From an uncultured Aquimarina sp. (GTDB lineage: Bacteria > Bacteroidota > Bacteroidia > Flavobacteriales > Flavobacteriaceae): 64,000 nucleotides of DNA. A program made the position numbers and the translations under genes. Positions 38,355 through 47,349 of the stretch are shown in pieces. The notes beneath the pieces were generated by a model. It was not told the origin of the DNA and searched no databases. It saw only the letters and a list, made by a program, of their open reading frames with translations. Location of the stretch: contig CANMDH010000027.1 in the NCBI GenBank assembly GCA_947496555.1, positions 261 through 64,260 of the forward strand. The letters run 5' to 3'. Position 1 is the stretch's first letter, and every line of letters starts with the position of its first letter.

Positions 38355-39472
38355 TTTACTTCTGGGATTATTTTAACAATGCCTTTATTTTCTATGGCTA
38401 CATATATAAAACCATCAGGCCCTTGTCGTACATTGCGAACTCGCCCCATATCATCTAGCAATTTTTTCCGACCTGTAACTTTGTCGTTGGTTAACTCCAC
38501 AAGTTCTAAATATTGAAATACCAAAGAACCTACCAATAGATCATTTTTCCAATCTGGGTATTTGTCACTAGTAACAAAATCCATTCCACTTGGTGCTATA
38601 GAGGGTACCCAATAGTAAAGGGGTTGCTCCATATCTTCTTTTTTGGTAATATCAGTAATTTTGGTACCGCTATAATTAATCCCATAGGTAATTACCGGCC
38701 AGCCATAATTTACACCCTTTTTTATAGGATTGATCTCATCACCACCTCTTGGACCATGTTCGTGTACCCAAATAGTTCCATCGGGATGTAGTGCCATGCC
38801 TTGTGGATTTCTATGACCATAGGAGTAAATGGCTTTTTTTGCTCCTTTTTCATTTACAAACGGATTGTCTTTTGGAATACTGCCATCGTCATTCAATCTA
38901 TAAATTTTTCCGCCATCTTTGGTAATGTCTTGTGGATTAACATCTCGGTTTCCACGATCTCCAATACAGAAATATAAGTAGCCATCATTATCAAATTCTA
39001 TACGAGATCCAAAATGATGTCCTCGTGTGGTATTGGGTGTTCCTTTGTATAGTTTTTCAATATTAGTTAATTGATCGTTTTCTAACTTAGCTCGTATCAG
39101 AGCCGTGTTTCCGCCTTTTTCTGTGCCTTCTTTTGAAGAATAGGTGATATAGATCCATCCATTTTCTTCGTAGTTAGGATGTAATTCTATATCTAATAAC
39201 CCTCCTTGATTTCGATTATATACTTCGGGAACATTGCCAATAGAAGTCTTTTTTCCTTCTTTGAAATGAATAAGTTCACCACTTTTTTCTGTGATCAACA
39301 TACTCCCATCTGGTAACCATGTCATGCCCCAGGGTATTTGTAATTCAGGTACAATTAATTCTGTAGTATAATTTTTCGGATCAGCTTCCAAAGGAACATC
39401 ATTTTCTTTGGTTTCTTGGGCACAAGCTGAAATAAAGGTGATCGAAAGGATCAGAAACGAAAGTAATTTCAT
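38351..39472 (-). CDS. PQQ-dependent sugar dehydrogenase (soluble aldose dehydrogenase, YliI/Asd type), lipoprotein
   Basis: 373 aa. Lipobox SITFISAC. PWGMTWLPDGSMLITEKSG and YGHRNPQGMALHP are typical of the sGDH/YliI beta-propeller family. Confidence 0.88.
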   Translation of the reverse strand: MKLLSFLILSITFISACAQETKENDVPLEADPKNYTTELIVPELQIPWGMTWLPDGSMLITEKSGELIHFKEGKKTSIGNVPEVYNRNQGGLLDIELHPNYEENGWIYITYSSKEGTEKGGNTALIRAKLENDQLTNIEKLYKGTPNTTRGHHFGSRIEFDNDGYLYFCIGDRGNRDVNPQDITKDGGKIYRLNDDGSIPKDNPFVNEKGAKKAIYSYGHRNPQGMALHPDGTIWVHEHGPRGGDEINPIKKGVNYGWPVITYGINYSGTKITDITKKEDMEQPLYYWVPSIAPSGMDFVTSDKYPDWKNDLLVGSLVFQYLELVELTNDKVTGRKKLLDDMGRVRNVRQGPDGFIYVAIENKGIVKIIPEVK

Positions 39473-39518
39473 CTATTGAGTTTTATATCTTTTTCGGAAA
39501 AGTACAAAGAAATTTATT

Positions 39519-41798
39519 TTATAATCTATAATTTATGTTAATCCCACCGTACATATTAAAAGGCAATCCTGAGTAAAAATATCTGGGAGCATTACCACCA
39601 AAACCTCTTGCGTTGATCTGAAGCTGAGATGCGTATTTGGCATCAAGTATATTGTTTGCTCCCAATGAGAGATCATAAAAGAAGTGGTTACCGATACTGT
39701 TTTTAAAACCAATTTTACCATGTAGCAACTCATAACGATCACTAAAAACGGTATTGGCGTCATTGGCAGGAATATTACCAACCGTTTGAAAGGTAAAATT
39801 GCCATAAAATCCTTTTATTGAAGTAAGATCCAGTCCCAGATTAATTACTTCTGATGGTACTCCTGTAAGATCGTTTCCAGAGAAATCATCATCTAGATCT
39901 ACGAATTCATCAAATGTATAATCGTTAATGGATGCATTAACAAAGAAGTTTAATTGATAGGGCGTTTTTCTTATAAGATTGTAGTTTAGCTCTGCTTCGA
40001 TACCATTATGAGTCGTTTTTCCTGCATTAATGGCAAAGAAGTTATCTTCAACTGTCCTTCTGGATACCAATAAGTCTCGAACTTTAAGCATATATAATGA
40101 TAAAGATCCATGAAGTTTTTCAAAAAACCAGAATCGTGTTCCCATTTCATAGTTCCAACCAATTTCGGGTTTGATGTCGGGATTAAAAATACCATCAGGC
40201 AAAAGTGTTTCAGAGGTAGTAGGAGTAGAGAACCCATGTGCCATATTTCCAAAAAGAATCAGATGGGGGTTTAGCTCATAATTAACTCCAAGTTTTGGTG
40301 AAAGTATGGGGTTAAAATCAAATGTTCCTGAACTATCATCGCCGTCAGACAAAAATCTATCTTCAATATCAAAAAACGTTTGATTGAGGTGTATCCCAAG
40401 ATTAAATTTCAACTTTTTGGAAACTCTATAATTTGCTTCAGCAAAAAGATTATAATAATATCGTTTTTCATCCAGATCAGAAAGTTGAATCCCTTGCACA
40501 CTTCCTGTTCCTATCGGGAAGTCTTCATAAAGGTTTTCGAATGTTTTTCCATTGTAAGTATCATAAAAAAGCTCACCACCAACCGTCCAACTCAGTTCTT
40601 TTTTTGCTAAAAGATGACGGCCTAAAACCCTGCTTCGTATCCCAAAACTATTTGACTTTTCTTCAAGAATGTTAAAAGGCCTGGGTTCGTAATTATTCCT
40701 AAAAGAACTAAAAATACTAGTATTATGAGTGAGTTTCGGATTGTAGATGTGTTTCCAAGTAATTCCCAGAATTCCGTAATCCACGTCTTCAAAAGCTTTA
40801 GAACGCCCCCAGGTAAAAGCCGCTTGTCTTGGTGTATTTTCAAAAGCCGATTGATCTAACGAACTAGGGATTCCTGCTTTCAAATTAATATAGCTCCCAA
40901 GTATCGTAAAGTTATTCTTCTTTCCGGCATCAATAGCAGAAGTAATAGTTACAGTATTTCGATCATATTCATTATTATCTCTGTATCCATCGGTATGATT
41001 GTTACTGTACAGAATATTAAGATTGTAATTCTCTTTTCCCAATGAAGCGTTGGCTAGTACTCTTTGTAATCCATAGCTTCCAAAAATAGATGAGATCGTA
41101 CCTTCTGTTATTTTGGAGCGTGTAAATTCTGGTTGTAATAATATGGTGCCACCAAGCCCTACACCATAGCTGCTAGAAGACGGGCCTTTATGTATTTCTA
41201 TACGAGATAAAGCCCCAAGTTCAAGGTCTTCGATAGAAGATTCTCCATTGCCATCGGTTAGCGGGATATCTCCAAAATATGCTCTAATGTTGGCCGTGCC
41301 AAATAGATTGCGAGCACCAATACCTCTTATAGAAATTCTATTGGTGTTAAGAGTTGCGTTTTGCATAAAAACACCGGGAATTCGGTTTAGAATTGGATGT
41401 AGCGCTATAGGGTTTCCTCTGTTTATATCTTGTGAAGAAATTACAGAAACGGCTTCAGTCGCTTCTTTATGTAGAATTGGAATGGCAATATTATTGATGA
41501 TTACTTCTTCGAGATCGGTGATTTTTTGGATGAGGGTTACCCTAATTTGTGTGCTAGTCGTAATCTCTTGTAGGGTATTGAAATATCCCTCCTTCGAAAC
41601 TTCAATTGTGCCATTAGCTACTATTGTAAAAGAGCCATTTGCATCGGTAAATACTTCTTTGCCTGATTTTTTATCTAGAATTTTAGCATTTTCAATTGGG
41701 GTATTGGTAGCATCGTCCAAAACTATTCCTGTGATATTATATTGTGAAAAAACAGGAAAGGTCGAAACAAGAATTAGGAGTACAAGTATTTTTTTCAA
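39519..41798 (-). CDS. TonB-dependent receptor with an N-terminal CarboxypepD_reg domain
   Basis: 759 aa. Signal peptide MKKILVLLILVSTFPVFSQ, with TTG as the start codon at 41798 and no in-frame ATG upstream. Plug region (VSVISSQDINRGN, LNRIPGVF) and a 22-strand-type barrel. Confidence 0.88.
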   Translation of the reverse strand: MKKILVLLILVSTFPVFSQYNITGIVLDDATNTPIENAKILDKKSGKEVFTDANGSFTIVANGTIEVSKEGYFNTLQEITTSTQIRVTLIQKITDLEEVIINNIAIPILHKEATEAVSVISSQDINRGNPIALHPILNRIPGVFMQNATLNTNRISIRGIGARNLFGTANIRAYFGDIPLTDGNGESSIEDLELGALSRIEIHKGPSSSSYGVGLGGTILLQPEFTRSKITEGTISSIFGSYGLQRVLANASLGKENYNLNILYSNNHTDGYRDNNEYDRNTVTITSAIDAGKKNNFTILGSYINLKAGIPSSLDQSAFENTPRQAAFTWGRSKAFEDVDYGILGITWKHIYNPKLTHNTSIFSSFRNNYEPRPFNILEEKSNSFGIRSRVLGRHLLAKKELSWTVGGELFYDTYNGKTFENLYEDFPIGTGSVQGIQLSDLDEKRYYYNLFAEANYRVSKKLKFNLGIHLNQTFFDIEDRFLSDGDDSSGTFDFNPILSPKLGVNYELNPHLILFGNMAHGFSTPTTSETLLPDGIFNPDIKPEIGWNYEMGTRFWFFEKLHGSLSLYMLKVRDLLVSRRTVEDNFFAINAGKTTHNGIEAELNYNLIRKTPYQLNFFVNASINDYTFDEFVDLDDDFSGNDLTGVPSEVINLGLDLTSIKGFYGNFTFQTVGNIPANDANTVFSDRYELLHGKIGFKNSIGNHFFYDLSLGANNILDAKYASQLQINARGFGGNAPRYFYSGLPFNMYGGININYRL

Positions 41799-41873
41799 GA
41801 TTTGTTTTTCTTCAAATATCGGAAACTAAAGGTAATCAGATTTAAAAATCATGATTGTGTTAACGAAAATGTA

Positions 41874-41896
41874 CCAGTTTCAGAAAATGAAACTGG
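41874..41896. promoter_or_regulatory. perfect 8-bp hairpin CCAGTTTC-AGAAAAT-GAAACTGG upstream of the TonB receptor gene
   Basis: Seen directly in the sequence, 76 nt upstream of the TTG start. Function unknown. Confidence 0.25.
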
Positions 41897-41999
41897 AATC
41901 TATTATCATTGCATGGAAAAAAAATAGATATCAATAGCTAAAGTATAATTGATAGAGTATTATAAAGAAGAGGATTGAAGCTACTTTTAAGGATCTACC

Positions 42000-42030
42000 T
42001 TTGTGGTTTGATAGTTTTGTTTTAAGTTTG
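42000..42030 (+). promoter_or_regulatory. candidate Bacteroidota sigma-A promoter: TTTG-N19-TAAGTTTG
   Basis: -33 TTTG at 42000-42003, a 19-nt spacer, then -7 TAAGTTTG at 42023-42030. It lies about 90 nt upstream of the 42120 ATG. Confidence 0.45.
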
Positions 42031-42049
42031 TGTAATCACAAATTTAATG

Positions 42050-42085
42050 CAGAAACGTAATGGGGGAATAAAAATATCGTTTCTG
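42050..42085 (+). promoter_or_regulatory. hairpin in the predicted 5' leader of the TPR/MORN operon
   Basis: CAGAAACG (42050-42057) pairs with CGTTTCTG (42078-42085) around a 20-nt loop. Confidence 0.3.
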
Positions 42086-42119
42086 TTCGCATTTCATCTA
42101 CTCTATTTTAGTCAAATTT

Positions 42120-45100
42120 ATGAAGAAAACAATGTTATTTGTGACGTTACTTACGTCTACGCTTTTTTATGCCCAAGAAAAAATTGAGTTTATAGATTAC
42201 TATGATATTATAGATGAAATATCTGAATTCAAGGAAAAACAAGACTATTCTAAGATGATAGAATATCTTGATAAAATTAGTCCAAATGATTCATTATATG
42301 AATCAGTTCTGGTAACAAAATCGTATTACCTTCTTCAGGACGAAAAATATGACGAGGCCATAAAAATAGCGGACACCGGATTAAAAATGCTCGATGGAGA
42401 AGAAAGATATTCTTTTTTGTTAAACAAAGGAGTAGCATTTCTTCGATCAGAAAGCTTTGAAGAAGCTCTAAAGGTGTATAATGATGCGATTAAAGAATTT
42501 CCTAAAAATCATATGTTGTTTTACAATCGTGCAATTGTATATGAAAAATTGGAAAAGCCGGATAAAGCGCTAAAGAATTATATACAATCTATTACCTTAA
42601 ATCCATTTTATGCAGATAGCCATTTACAGCTAGGCAAAATATGCTTTACCGAGAATAAGACCAGCCAGGCATTAATGGCACTTAATATGTACCTTTTATT
42701 GAATCCAGACGGAGAAAACTCTTTTGATATTCTTAATTCGGTCAACACATTAGTTTCAAAACAAAATGACGCGAAACCTACAGGGATTATGATATCTGAA
42801 GATGATGAAACGTTTGAAGATATCGATTTAATAATCAATAATAGAATAGCCCTTAATGCCAATTATAAAATAAAAAACAAAGTTAATATAGCGTTGACAA
42901 AACAAAATCATGCTCTTTTTGAACAGTTAGAAGAGTATGAAGGTAATGAAGGGTTTTGGGATAAGAAATATGTGCCATTTTATAAATGGGTTTTTGAAAA
43001 TAATCACTTCGATAATTTTACCTACACCATTTCTTATTCTATAAAGAACCCTGTTTTCAAAAAAGTGGTGGATAAGAATACTTCTGAAATAAAAACATTC
43101 ATCGATCTGGCATATGTCAAGTGGAAAGAGATTCTGAGTGATGACAATGAACAAATGTTCGAGGGGAAAAAACAAAAAATTGCTCAGGTATTTGAAGGGT
43201 TTAACCTTCAGGCAGTTGGTATAAGTAAAGAAGGTAAAAAAGTGGGGAATTGGGAGATGTATAACGAGCAAGGAAAACTTACCGGTAGAGGTAAATTTAA
43301 TGAAGAAGGAAAAAGAACAGGTGAATGGACCTGGTATGATGATCACGGAAGGGTTTCTGACAAGGAAAGCTATAAAGACGGATTGGTAGATGGAAAATAC
43401 ACTTCTTTTTATGATAATGGTAATGTTAATATAGCATGTAATTATAAAGAAGGAAACCTTGATGGAGAGTACAGAACGTATAATCAAAATGGAGCTTTGA
43501 TCGAGAAAAAAATATTCTCAAAAGATAAGCTGGATGGAGAGTATCGTTCTTTCCATGCAATTGGCGAATTGGCAAAGAACTATATAGTAAATTATAAAGA
43601 AGGTAATCCCGAAGGAGAACTAGAACAATATTACGCAAATGGAGAGCTTTTTAAGAAAAGAAGTTACAAAAATGGTAAGATTATTGGAAAAGAACAACTG
43701 TATTTTAACAATGGTACACTAAAAGCAGAATATACCTATATCGATGGGATATCTGAAGGACCCTACAGCACCTATCATAAAAATGGTACAAAATCTGAGG
43801 TAGGTACGACAAGTAAAGGATATTATAACGGCGAATGGAAGTTGTATTATCCCGATGGAACCATTATGAATGAATTTACATACAATGAAGGAGAATTAAA
43901 TGGTCCATATAAAGAATATGATATCGATGGTAAATTGCACTATGAATTTGTGTATCGAAATGACGAGTTTATAGAGCATAAACATTTTAATAAAACCGGA
44001 GAAATAATTAACGAAGCCAAGAAGAAAAAAGGAGCGTTTTATTATCAAGGATACTCTCCATTAGGCGATTTGGTAACCGAAGGTATGTACGATGTAAAAG
44101 GAGGAAAAAAGGGCGAATGGAAATATTATCAAAGTGGGGTCTTGGTCGACAAAGGGATCTATGATGATAATATGTTACAAGATAAGTACTTGGAGTTTTA
44201 TAAATCTGGGCAAAAAAAGGCGATTACAGAGTATAAAAATGATTCTTTGTCTGGGTATTATGTTAGCTATCATAAAAACGGTAACATTTCAAGGCAGGGT
44301 TGGCACAAAGATGGTACGAGTCACGGAACCTGGATCTCTTATTATTATGATGGTAAAATAAAAGAGAAGAAATTTTATCATAAAGGACAGCTACATGGGA
44401 TTCAGGAATATTATGGGGTCGAAGGAAAACTATATTCCAAAAGTAAATACAAGTTTGGAGATTTGGTTTTGGAAATCTTTTATGCTCCTAATGGAAATAT
44501 GTTACAAGAAGTAGTATATGATCAGAAACAGAAGAATCATACCTTATCAATAAAACAATATAATGGCAGTGTATATTCTACCACCGACTATTTGTATGGT
44601 GTGAAACATGGTAATTATGTGAGGTATAATTATGATGGAAAAAAGGCCATTGAAGGAGCATATTTTAATGGAAAGTTTCACGGTACCTGGAAATGGTACT
44701 ACGACAATGGGCAAATTAGCTTGCAGGGAGATTACTATCATGGAGAAACTATTGGAGAATGGAAAGAGTTTTATGAAGATGGTGAATTGGAAGAAAAGTA
44801 TACCTATGTTTCTGGGAAACTTGATGGAGTAGCTGAAGTTTACAGCGATGAAGGCGTACTTACCAGAACCACCCAATATAAAAATGGTAAACTTCATGGC
44901 GAAAGAAGGTTTTATAGCCCAGAAGGTAAATTGCAGTTAGTACGATATTACCATAATGATAAAATTATTGGATATAGCTATAATGATACTAGCGGAAAGC
45001 TTAAACCTATGATTCCGATTGAGAATTTTACCGGAGAGATTAAAGCCTTTTTTGATAATGGAAAACCATCTATCCAAATGGAATTCAAAAACGGAATGTT

Positions 45101-45398
45101 TGTAAATGAGTTTAGAGCGTATTATTATAATGGACAGCTAGAACGTAGTGCTGTATACAAAGACGGGGATAATCATGGGGCATATGTCTTTTACTATAAA
45201 GATGGTTCTGTTAAAAAAGAAATGAATTATCTTCATGATTTATTACAAGGCAAATACAAGAAATATTATCCAAACGGTAAAATAAAAGAAGAAAGAAACT
45301 ATTTAAATGATAGTCGTAGTGGTATAACTAAATATTTTGATGAGAACGGAAAACTAATTAAAGAACGCTCTTATTTCAATGATATTCAAGAAAAATAA
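42120..45398 (+). CDS. secreted TPR plus MORN-variant (YwqK-type) repeat protein
   Basis: 1092 aa. Signal peptide MKKTMLFVTLLTSTLFYAQ and TPR helices from about aa 40 to 200. From aa 376 to the C-terminus there are about 30 tandem copies of a roughly 23-aa G-x-W-x-x-Y-Y-x-N-G-x-(x)-K-x-E-x-x-Y-x-x-G-x-x-x-G repeat. Confidence 0.85.
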   Translation: MKKTMLFVTLLTSTLFYAQEKIEFIDYYDIIDEISEFKEKQDYSKMIEYLDKISPNDSLYESVLVTKSYYLLQDEKYDEAIKIADTGLKMLDGEERYSFLLNKGVAFLRSESFEEALKVYNDAIKEFPKNHMLFYNRAIVYEKLEKPDKALKNYIQSITLNPFYADSHLQLGKICFTENKTSQALMALNMYLLLNPDGENSFDILNSVNTLVSKQNDAKPTGIMISEDDETFEDIDLIINNRIALNANYKIKNKVNIALTKQNHALFEQLEEYEGNEGFWDKKYVPFYKWVFENNHFDNFTYTISYSIKNPVFKKVVDKNTSEIKTFIDLAYVKWKEILSDDNEQMFEGKKQKIAQVFEGFNLQAVGISKEGKKVGNWEMYNEQGKLTGRGKFNEEGKRTGEWTWYDDHGRVSDKESYKDGLVDGKYTSFYDNGNVNIACNYKEGNLDGEYRTYNQNGALIEKKIFSKDKLDGEYRSFHAIGELAKNYIVNYKEGNPEGELEQYYANGELFKKRSYKNGKIIGKEQLYFNNGTLKAEYTYIDGISEGPYSTYHKNGTKSEVGTTSKGYYNGEWKLYYPDGTIMNEFTYNEGELNGPYKEYDIDGKLHYEFVYRNDEFIEHKHFNKTGEIINEAKKKKGAFYYQGYSPLGDLVTEGMYDVKGGKKGEWKYYQSGVLVDKGIYDDNMLQDKYLEFYKSGQKKAITEYKNDSLSGYYVSYHKNGNISRQGWHKDGTSHGTWISYYYDGKIKEKKFYHKGQLHGIQEYYGVEGKLYSKSKYKFGDLVLEIFYAPNGNMLQEVVYDQKQKNHTLSIKQYNGSVYSTTDYLYGVKHGNYVRYNYDGKKAIEGAYFNGKFHGTWKWYYDNGQISLQGDYYHGETIGEWKEFYEDGELEEKYTYVSGKLDGVAEVYSDEGVLTRTTQYKNGKLHGERRFYSPEGKLQLVRYYHNDKIIGYSYNDTSGKLKPMIPIENFTGEIKAFFDNGKPSIQMEFKNGMFVNEFRAYYYNGQLERSAVYKDGDNHGAYVFYYKDGSVKKEMNYLHDLLQGKYKKYYPNGKIKEERNYLNDSRSGITKYFDENGKLIKERSYFNDIQEK

Positions 45399-45407
45399 TT
45401 GTTGATT

Positions 45408-47336
45408 ATGAAGAAGATTTTATTTTTTGCAGGAATGATCATGTTACTTCCTTTGCAGGCAAAGGCACAGAAATCTCCTGTTTATGAATTGTACAAGCAA
45501 AAATATCCAGATGCGCATGCGGTCAGGTTGCTAGAAGAAAGAAAAATAGACATTAGTCTTGAAGACAATGAGATATTGATCACGCAAGATATTTTCGAAG
45601 AAGATTTATATCTAGATAAAGCAGCAACCTATGGTTCTAAAAGATCTATAAATTATTCTTCATTTTTTGATATAGAATCTGTAGAAGCTTCTTCGCTTTT
45701 ATATGAGAACGGAAAGTATAATGAACTTGAGGTAAAAGATTTTATCGAAAAAGATGAAATGGATGGATCTTTTTATGATGATAGTAGATCTATTAATTTT
45801 ATTTACCCAAGTCTTCAACCAGGAGCAAAATCCAAGCTTAAGTATAGAGAAAAAATCAAAAACCCTAGATTTTTGAACTCATTTTATTTTGCAGATTTCA
45901 AACCTATTGTCAAAAGTAAAGTAACCATTAGTGTTGATAAAGAGATATCTCTAAAGTTTAAAGAATTTAATACAGATAGTGTAAATATTAGTTTCACTGA
46001 AAAAGAAAAAAGAGGGAAAAAGATTTATACCTGGGAAGCTAATGATATTGATGAATATGACCTGGATAGAGGAGCTCCTAATTTCAGAAATACTTTTCCT
46101 CATATCATACCGATAATAACCGAATATGATTCAGGTGATAAAAAGGTAAAGCTTCTCGATAACGTTTCAGATTTGTATGGATGGTATTATTCACTTGTGA
46201 AAGATGTAAATACTGAAGAAGCAGACGAAGAGCTTAAGAAAATTGTAACCATTCTTACACAGAACAAAAAAACAGATCTTGAGAAGGTAAAGGCAATTTA
46301 TTATTGGGTACAAGAAAATATTAAATACATTGCTTTTGAGTATGCACTTGGAGGATTTATACCCAGAGAGGCAAATGATGTATTCAACAAAAAGTATGGT
46401 GATTGTAAAGATAATTCCAGCATTCTGTATAAAATGTTAGATATAGCCGGTCTCAAAGGTAATCTTACCTGGATAGGAACACGCAGTATTCCTTACAAGT
46501 ATAAAGAGGTACCAACACCTGCCGTAGATAATCATATGATATTGTCCTATATAGAAGGAGATGAGGTTTATTTTCTGGATGCTACCGGTCGATATATCCC
46601 TATTGATATGCCATCTTCATTCATTCAGGGTAAGGAGGCGTTGATTTCAATTAATGAAAAAGAATTTAAGATTAAGGAAGTCCCCATAATGGACTCCAAA
46701 AGAAATACTATTGTAGATTCTACCTTTATCAGAATCGAAGACAAAGTGATTAAGGGAACGGGAAATTTTAAGTTATCTGGATACCCAAAAATCGATTTCT
46801 TCAATGCATTAGAGACAGAAAAAAATGAAAAAGAACTAAAGGACCTGTATACACGAGAACTTAGAAAAGGAAACAACAAGTTTTTAATCGATGGCTTTAA
46901 AGAAACGAATAAGTACGATTATGATAAGGATTTTCTGGTTGAGTACACATTCAATATCAAGGATTATGTAAATGGACTTGAGGATGAAACTTTTATTAAC
47001 CTTAACCTTGATAGAAAACTTAGTGGATTAAAATCCAAAAAGGATCGTAAAAATGATAGGGAATATCGTTACAAGTCGAACGAAAAGTTTATTACTACGC
47101 TGGAGGTTCCCAAGGGTAAAATTGCAGATTATATTCCCGAAAATTTCAAGGTATCTAATAATTTTTTCAGTTGCTCTATAACATATACTCAAAAAGATAA
47201 CACTATCATATATAAACTGGAAACAAATCTTGATTTTATATTGCTTACACTTGATCAGCAAAAAGAATTAAATAAACTTATTAAGAAGGTTGAAAAAAAC
47301 TTTAAAGAAGTCATTATTTTAAAAGATAAAAAATAA
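45408..47336 (+). CDS. DUF3857 domain plus transglutaminase-like cysteine protease domain protein
   Basis: The track start at 45399 is a TTG. The ATG at 45408 gives the signal peptide MKKILFFAGMIMLLPLQAKAQ. Transglutaminase-core triad candidates: Cys in YGDCKD (46404-46406), His in DNHMIL (46533-46535) and Asp in FLDAT (46578-46580). Confidence 0.85.
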   Translation: MKKILFFAGMIMLLPLQAKAQKSPVYELYKQKYPDAHAVRLLEERKIDISLEDNEILITQDIFEEDLYLDKAATYGSKRSINYSSFFDIESVEASSLLYENGKYNELEVKDFIEKDEMDGSFYDDSRSINFIYPSLQPGAKSKLKYREKIKNPRFLNSFYFADFKPIVKSKVTISVDKEISLKFKEFNTDSVNISFTEKEKRGKKIYTWEANDIDEYDLDRGAPNFRNTFPHIIPIITEYDSGDKKVKLLDNVSDLYGWYYSLVKDVNTEEADEELKKIVTILTQNKKTDLEKVKAIYYWVQENIKYIAFEYALGGFIPREANDVFNKKYGDCKDNSSILYKMLDIAGLKGNLTWIGTRSIPYKYKEVPTPAVDNHMILSYIEGDEVYFLDATGRYIPIDMPSSFIQGKEALISINEKEFKIKEVPIMDSKRNTIVDSTFIRIEDKVIKGTGNFKLSGYPKIDFFNALETEKNEKELKDLYTRELRKGNNKFLIDGFKETNKYDYDKDFLVEYTFNIKDYVNGLEDETFINLNLDRKLSGLKSKKDRKNDREYRYKSNEKFITTLEVPKGKIADYIPENFKVSNNFFSCSITYTQKDNTIIYKLETNLDFILLTLDQQKELNKLIKKVEKNFKEVIILKDKK

Positions 47337-47349
47337 CAAAAAGTAGAAA

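Noticed and set aside
41248-41829. 193-aa ORF antisense to the TonB receptor gene
   Set aside because: Shadow ORF. The opposite strand encodes a recognisable CarboxypepD_reg/plug region over the same coordinates.
41851-41937. 28-aa ORF (MIVLTKMYQFQKMKLESIIIAWKKNRYQ) in the 321-bp gap between the TonB receptor and the TPR/MORN operon
   Set aside because: There is no recognisable promoter box or ribosome-binding context, and it spans the 41874-41896 hairpin. An ORF this short is expected by chance in AT-rich DNA. It would be worth revisiting only if ribosome profiling shows occupancy.
41799-42000. Possible riboswitch (cobalamin/TPP) or Fur box upstream of the TonB receptor
   Set aside because: I saw no GC-rich conserved riboswitch cores such as a B12 box. 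Only a 10-nt TATTATCATT (41901-41910) partially resembles half of the enterobacterial Fur box, which is too weak and of uncertain relevance in Bacteroidota.
42927-43487. 186-aa ORF antisense to the TPR/MORN gene, along with other antisense ORFs listed within 42.6-44.9 kb
   Set aside because: Its extreme Ile/Phe/Leu composition is what the reverse complement of Lys/Glu/Asn-rich repeat codons produces. No independent support exists.
42120-45398. Reading the YwqK-type repeat protein as an antitoxin/immunity gene of a toxin-antitoxin or polymorphic-toxin system
   Set aside because: The protein is exported and 1092 aa long, and it has a TPR head. No LXG, Rhs or nuclease toxin gene is adjacent. 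The label reflects repeat homology only.
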